In this document: positions 62,901 to 64,000 of the stretch, in pieces | How the letters are laid out: the number at the start of each line of letters is the position of its first letter | How positions within the stretch are numbered: the stretch's first letter is position 1 | Assembly (NCBI RefSeq): GCF_003704095.1 | Contig: NW_020843402.1 | Coordinates: 1,054,001-1,118,000 of the forward strand | DNA: 64,000 nt | Reading direction: 5' to 3' | Origin: Pocillopora damicornis | Taxonomy: Eukaryota | The notes under the pieces: generated by a model | What the model was told of the DNA's origin: nothing | Databases searched by the model: none | The model's input: only the letters and a program-made list of their open reading frames with translations | Program-made: the position numbers and the translations under genes

Positions 62901-64000
62901 TTTTTATTTGCGAGGCAAGCATTATCTGAATTCATAGCTTGGAAATATTTCATCACGCAGAGCAGGTTAGTATTTGATTATCAGTGGAGTTGTCGCTTCA
63001 CCAAAGGCAAGCGGCGTGTGTATTTACACCTCCTCACGACAGATTGAATTTGAAATTTTGTGACACGTTTTGAATCTTAAAAGATTTCAGCTAAACATCT
63101 TGGGTCTGTTTTATAACAATCCGTGTTTGTCGTCTGTATCCTTATTCACCTTAGGTTGGTTAGTGCCACTCTTAACTGTTTTTCTATTCTGCCTAACTGA
63201 TCATGATTTTGTTTTTCTTGTTTACTTAAACTTCCTATAAGTTGAGAGCAGTACTATAAATCGCTCAACTCTGTAAATCGTAATTTAGAAGCTCAGGTAT
63301 TTGGGTAATTTGCCAACCAAGAGTCTGACCCAATGACTCATTTTTTTTATTATCATTATTTTTTTCCGTGTCGTTGTTAGGTTTAAGAGATCCACTTACA
63401 GAGACTGCAATATTCAAGACGTTTTGTCTTTTGCACTGCTCAGTTAGAAAACAGTTGCTTAGTTTCGGTATGAGCTATGTAGAGACGTAGAAGCCCGAAT
63501 TTCTTGCCGAATCTCTTTGTGAACTACTGAGTGAGGAGCAGGAGGATTTATTTTAGACTTTACGACATAACATGATACGAACGATTTTGAAATACTAAGG
63601 AAGGAAGGACGCCCTCGATCCTGCTTGAAAGATTGAAATAACTGACCTTTTCTCAAAGTTATTATTTTTTTATCAAAACAAATCAAATTTAGTGACTAAT
63701 ATTGAAAGCTCACAGTCACTGAGGTTTTTGAAAACTTTTAATTTTTTATCGCAACAAACTCAGCAAGGATTTTCCTAACTGACCTAGCTTTCTAAATAAA
63801 GCGTATGATAGCAGTCTAATAAGCTACTTGAATTGATTACGAAGGATTCAGAAAACATGTAAAACAATCTATAGTTATCGTTAATTGATTTTTTACCTGT
63901 ATCAAAACAATTTAATTCAAATCGAGCCATTTCAGTTCATCTTACCGCCAGATTCCTTCAATAACGAGGCTATGATCTAAATCTTAATAGACAATTTCCA

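Noticed and set aside
60000-64000. Short ORFs, three TGACTCA sites ~1 kb apart and a weak hairpin near 61387-61437 upstream of TAF1
   Set aside because: No coding homology; motif counts and pairing are within chance expectation.

Overview
Intron-rich, AT-rich animal genomic DNA. The repeat families and gene set suggest a stony coral or other anthozoan (inference). Left to right: the 5' part of a soluble epoxide hydrolase EPHX2 (-), head-to-head with Rab escort protein CHM/REP (+); an intronless and a 5-exon SLC25A33/36-type mitochondrial pyrimidine-nucleotide carrier in tandem (+); a 5-hydroxyisourate hydrolase (URAH, transthyretin-like; -) directly downstream of a Crypton/tyrosine-recombinase-derived (DUF3504-like) gene on the same strand; tRNA-modifying ALKBH8 (+); and an approximately 45-exon TAF1 (-). 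The top observation is that the Crypton-derived exon has a perfect phase-0 GTAAGT donor (23866) matching a phase-0 acceptor in front of the HIUase exons (23236). This predicts a 679-aa fusion of an apparently inactive transposon recombinase with an intact urate-catabolic enzyme, plus plausible recombinase-only and HIUase-only isoforms. The window also holds several Penelope-like insertions carrying minimal hammerhead ribozymes, including a 166-bp-arm perfect palindrome with a 13-bp target duplication, as well as TTAA-type MITEs, tRNA-derived SINEs and two assembly gaps. All exon structures were read by eye from splice signals and protein similarity; none is transcript-verified.
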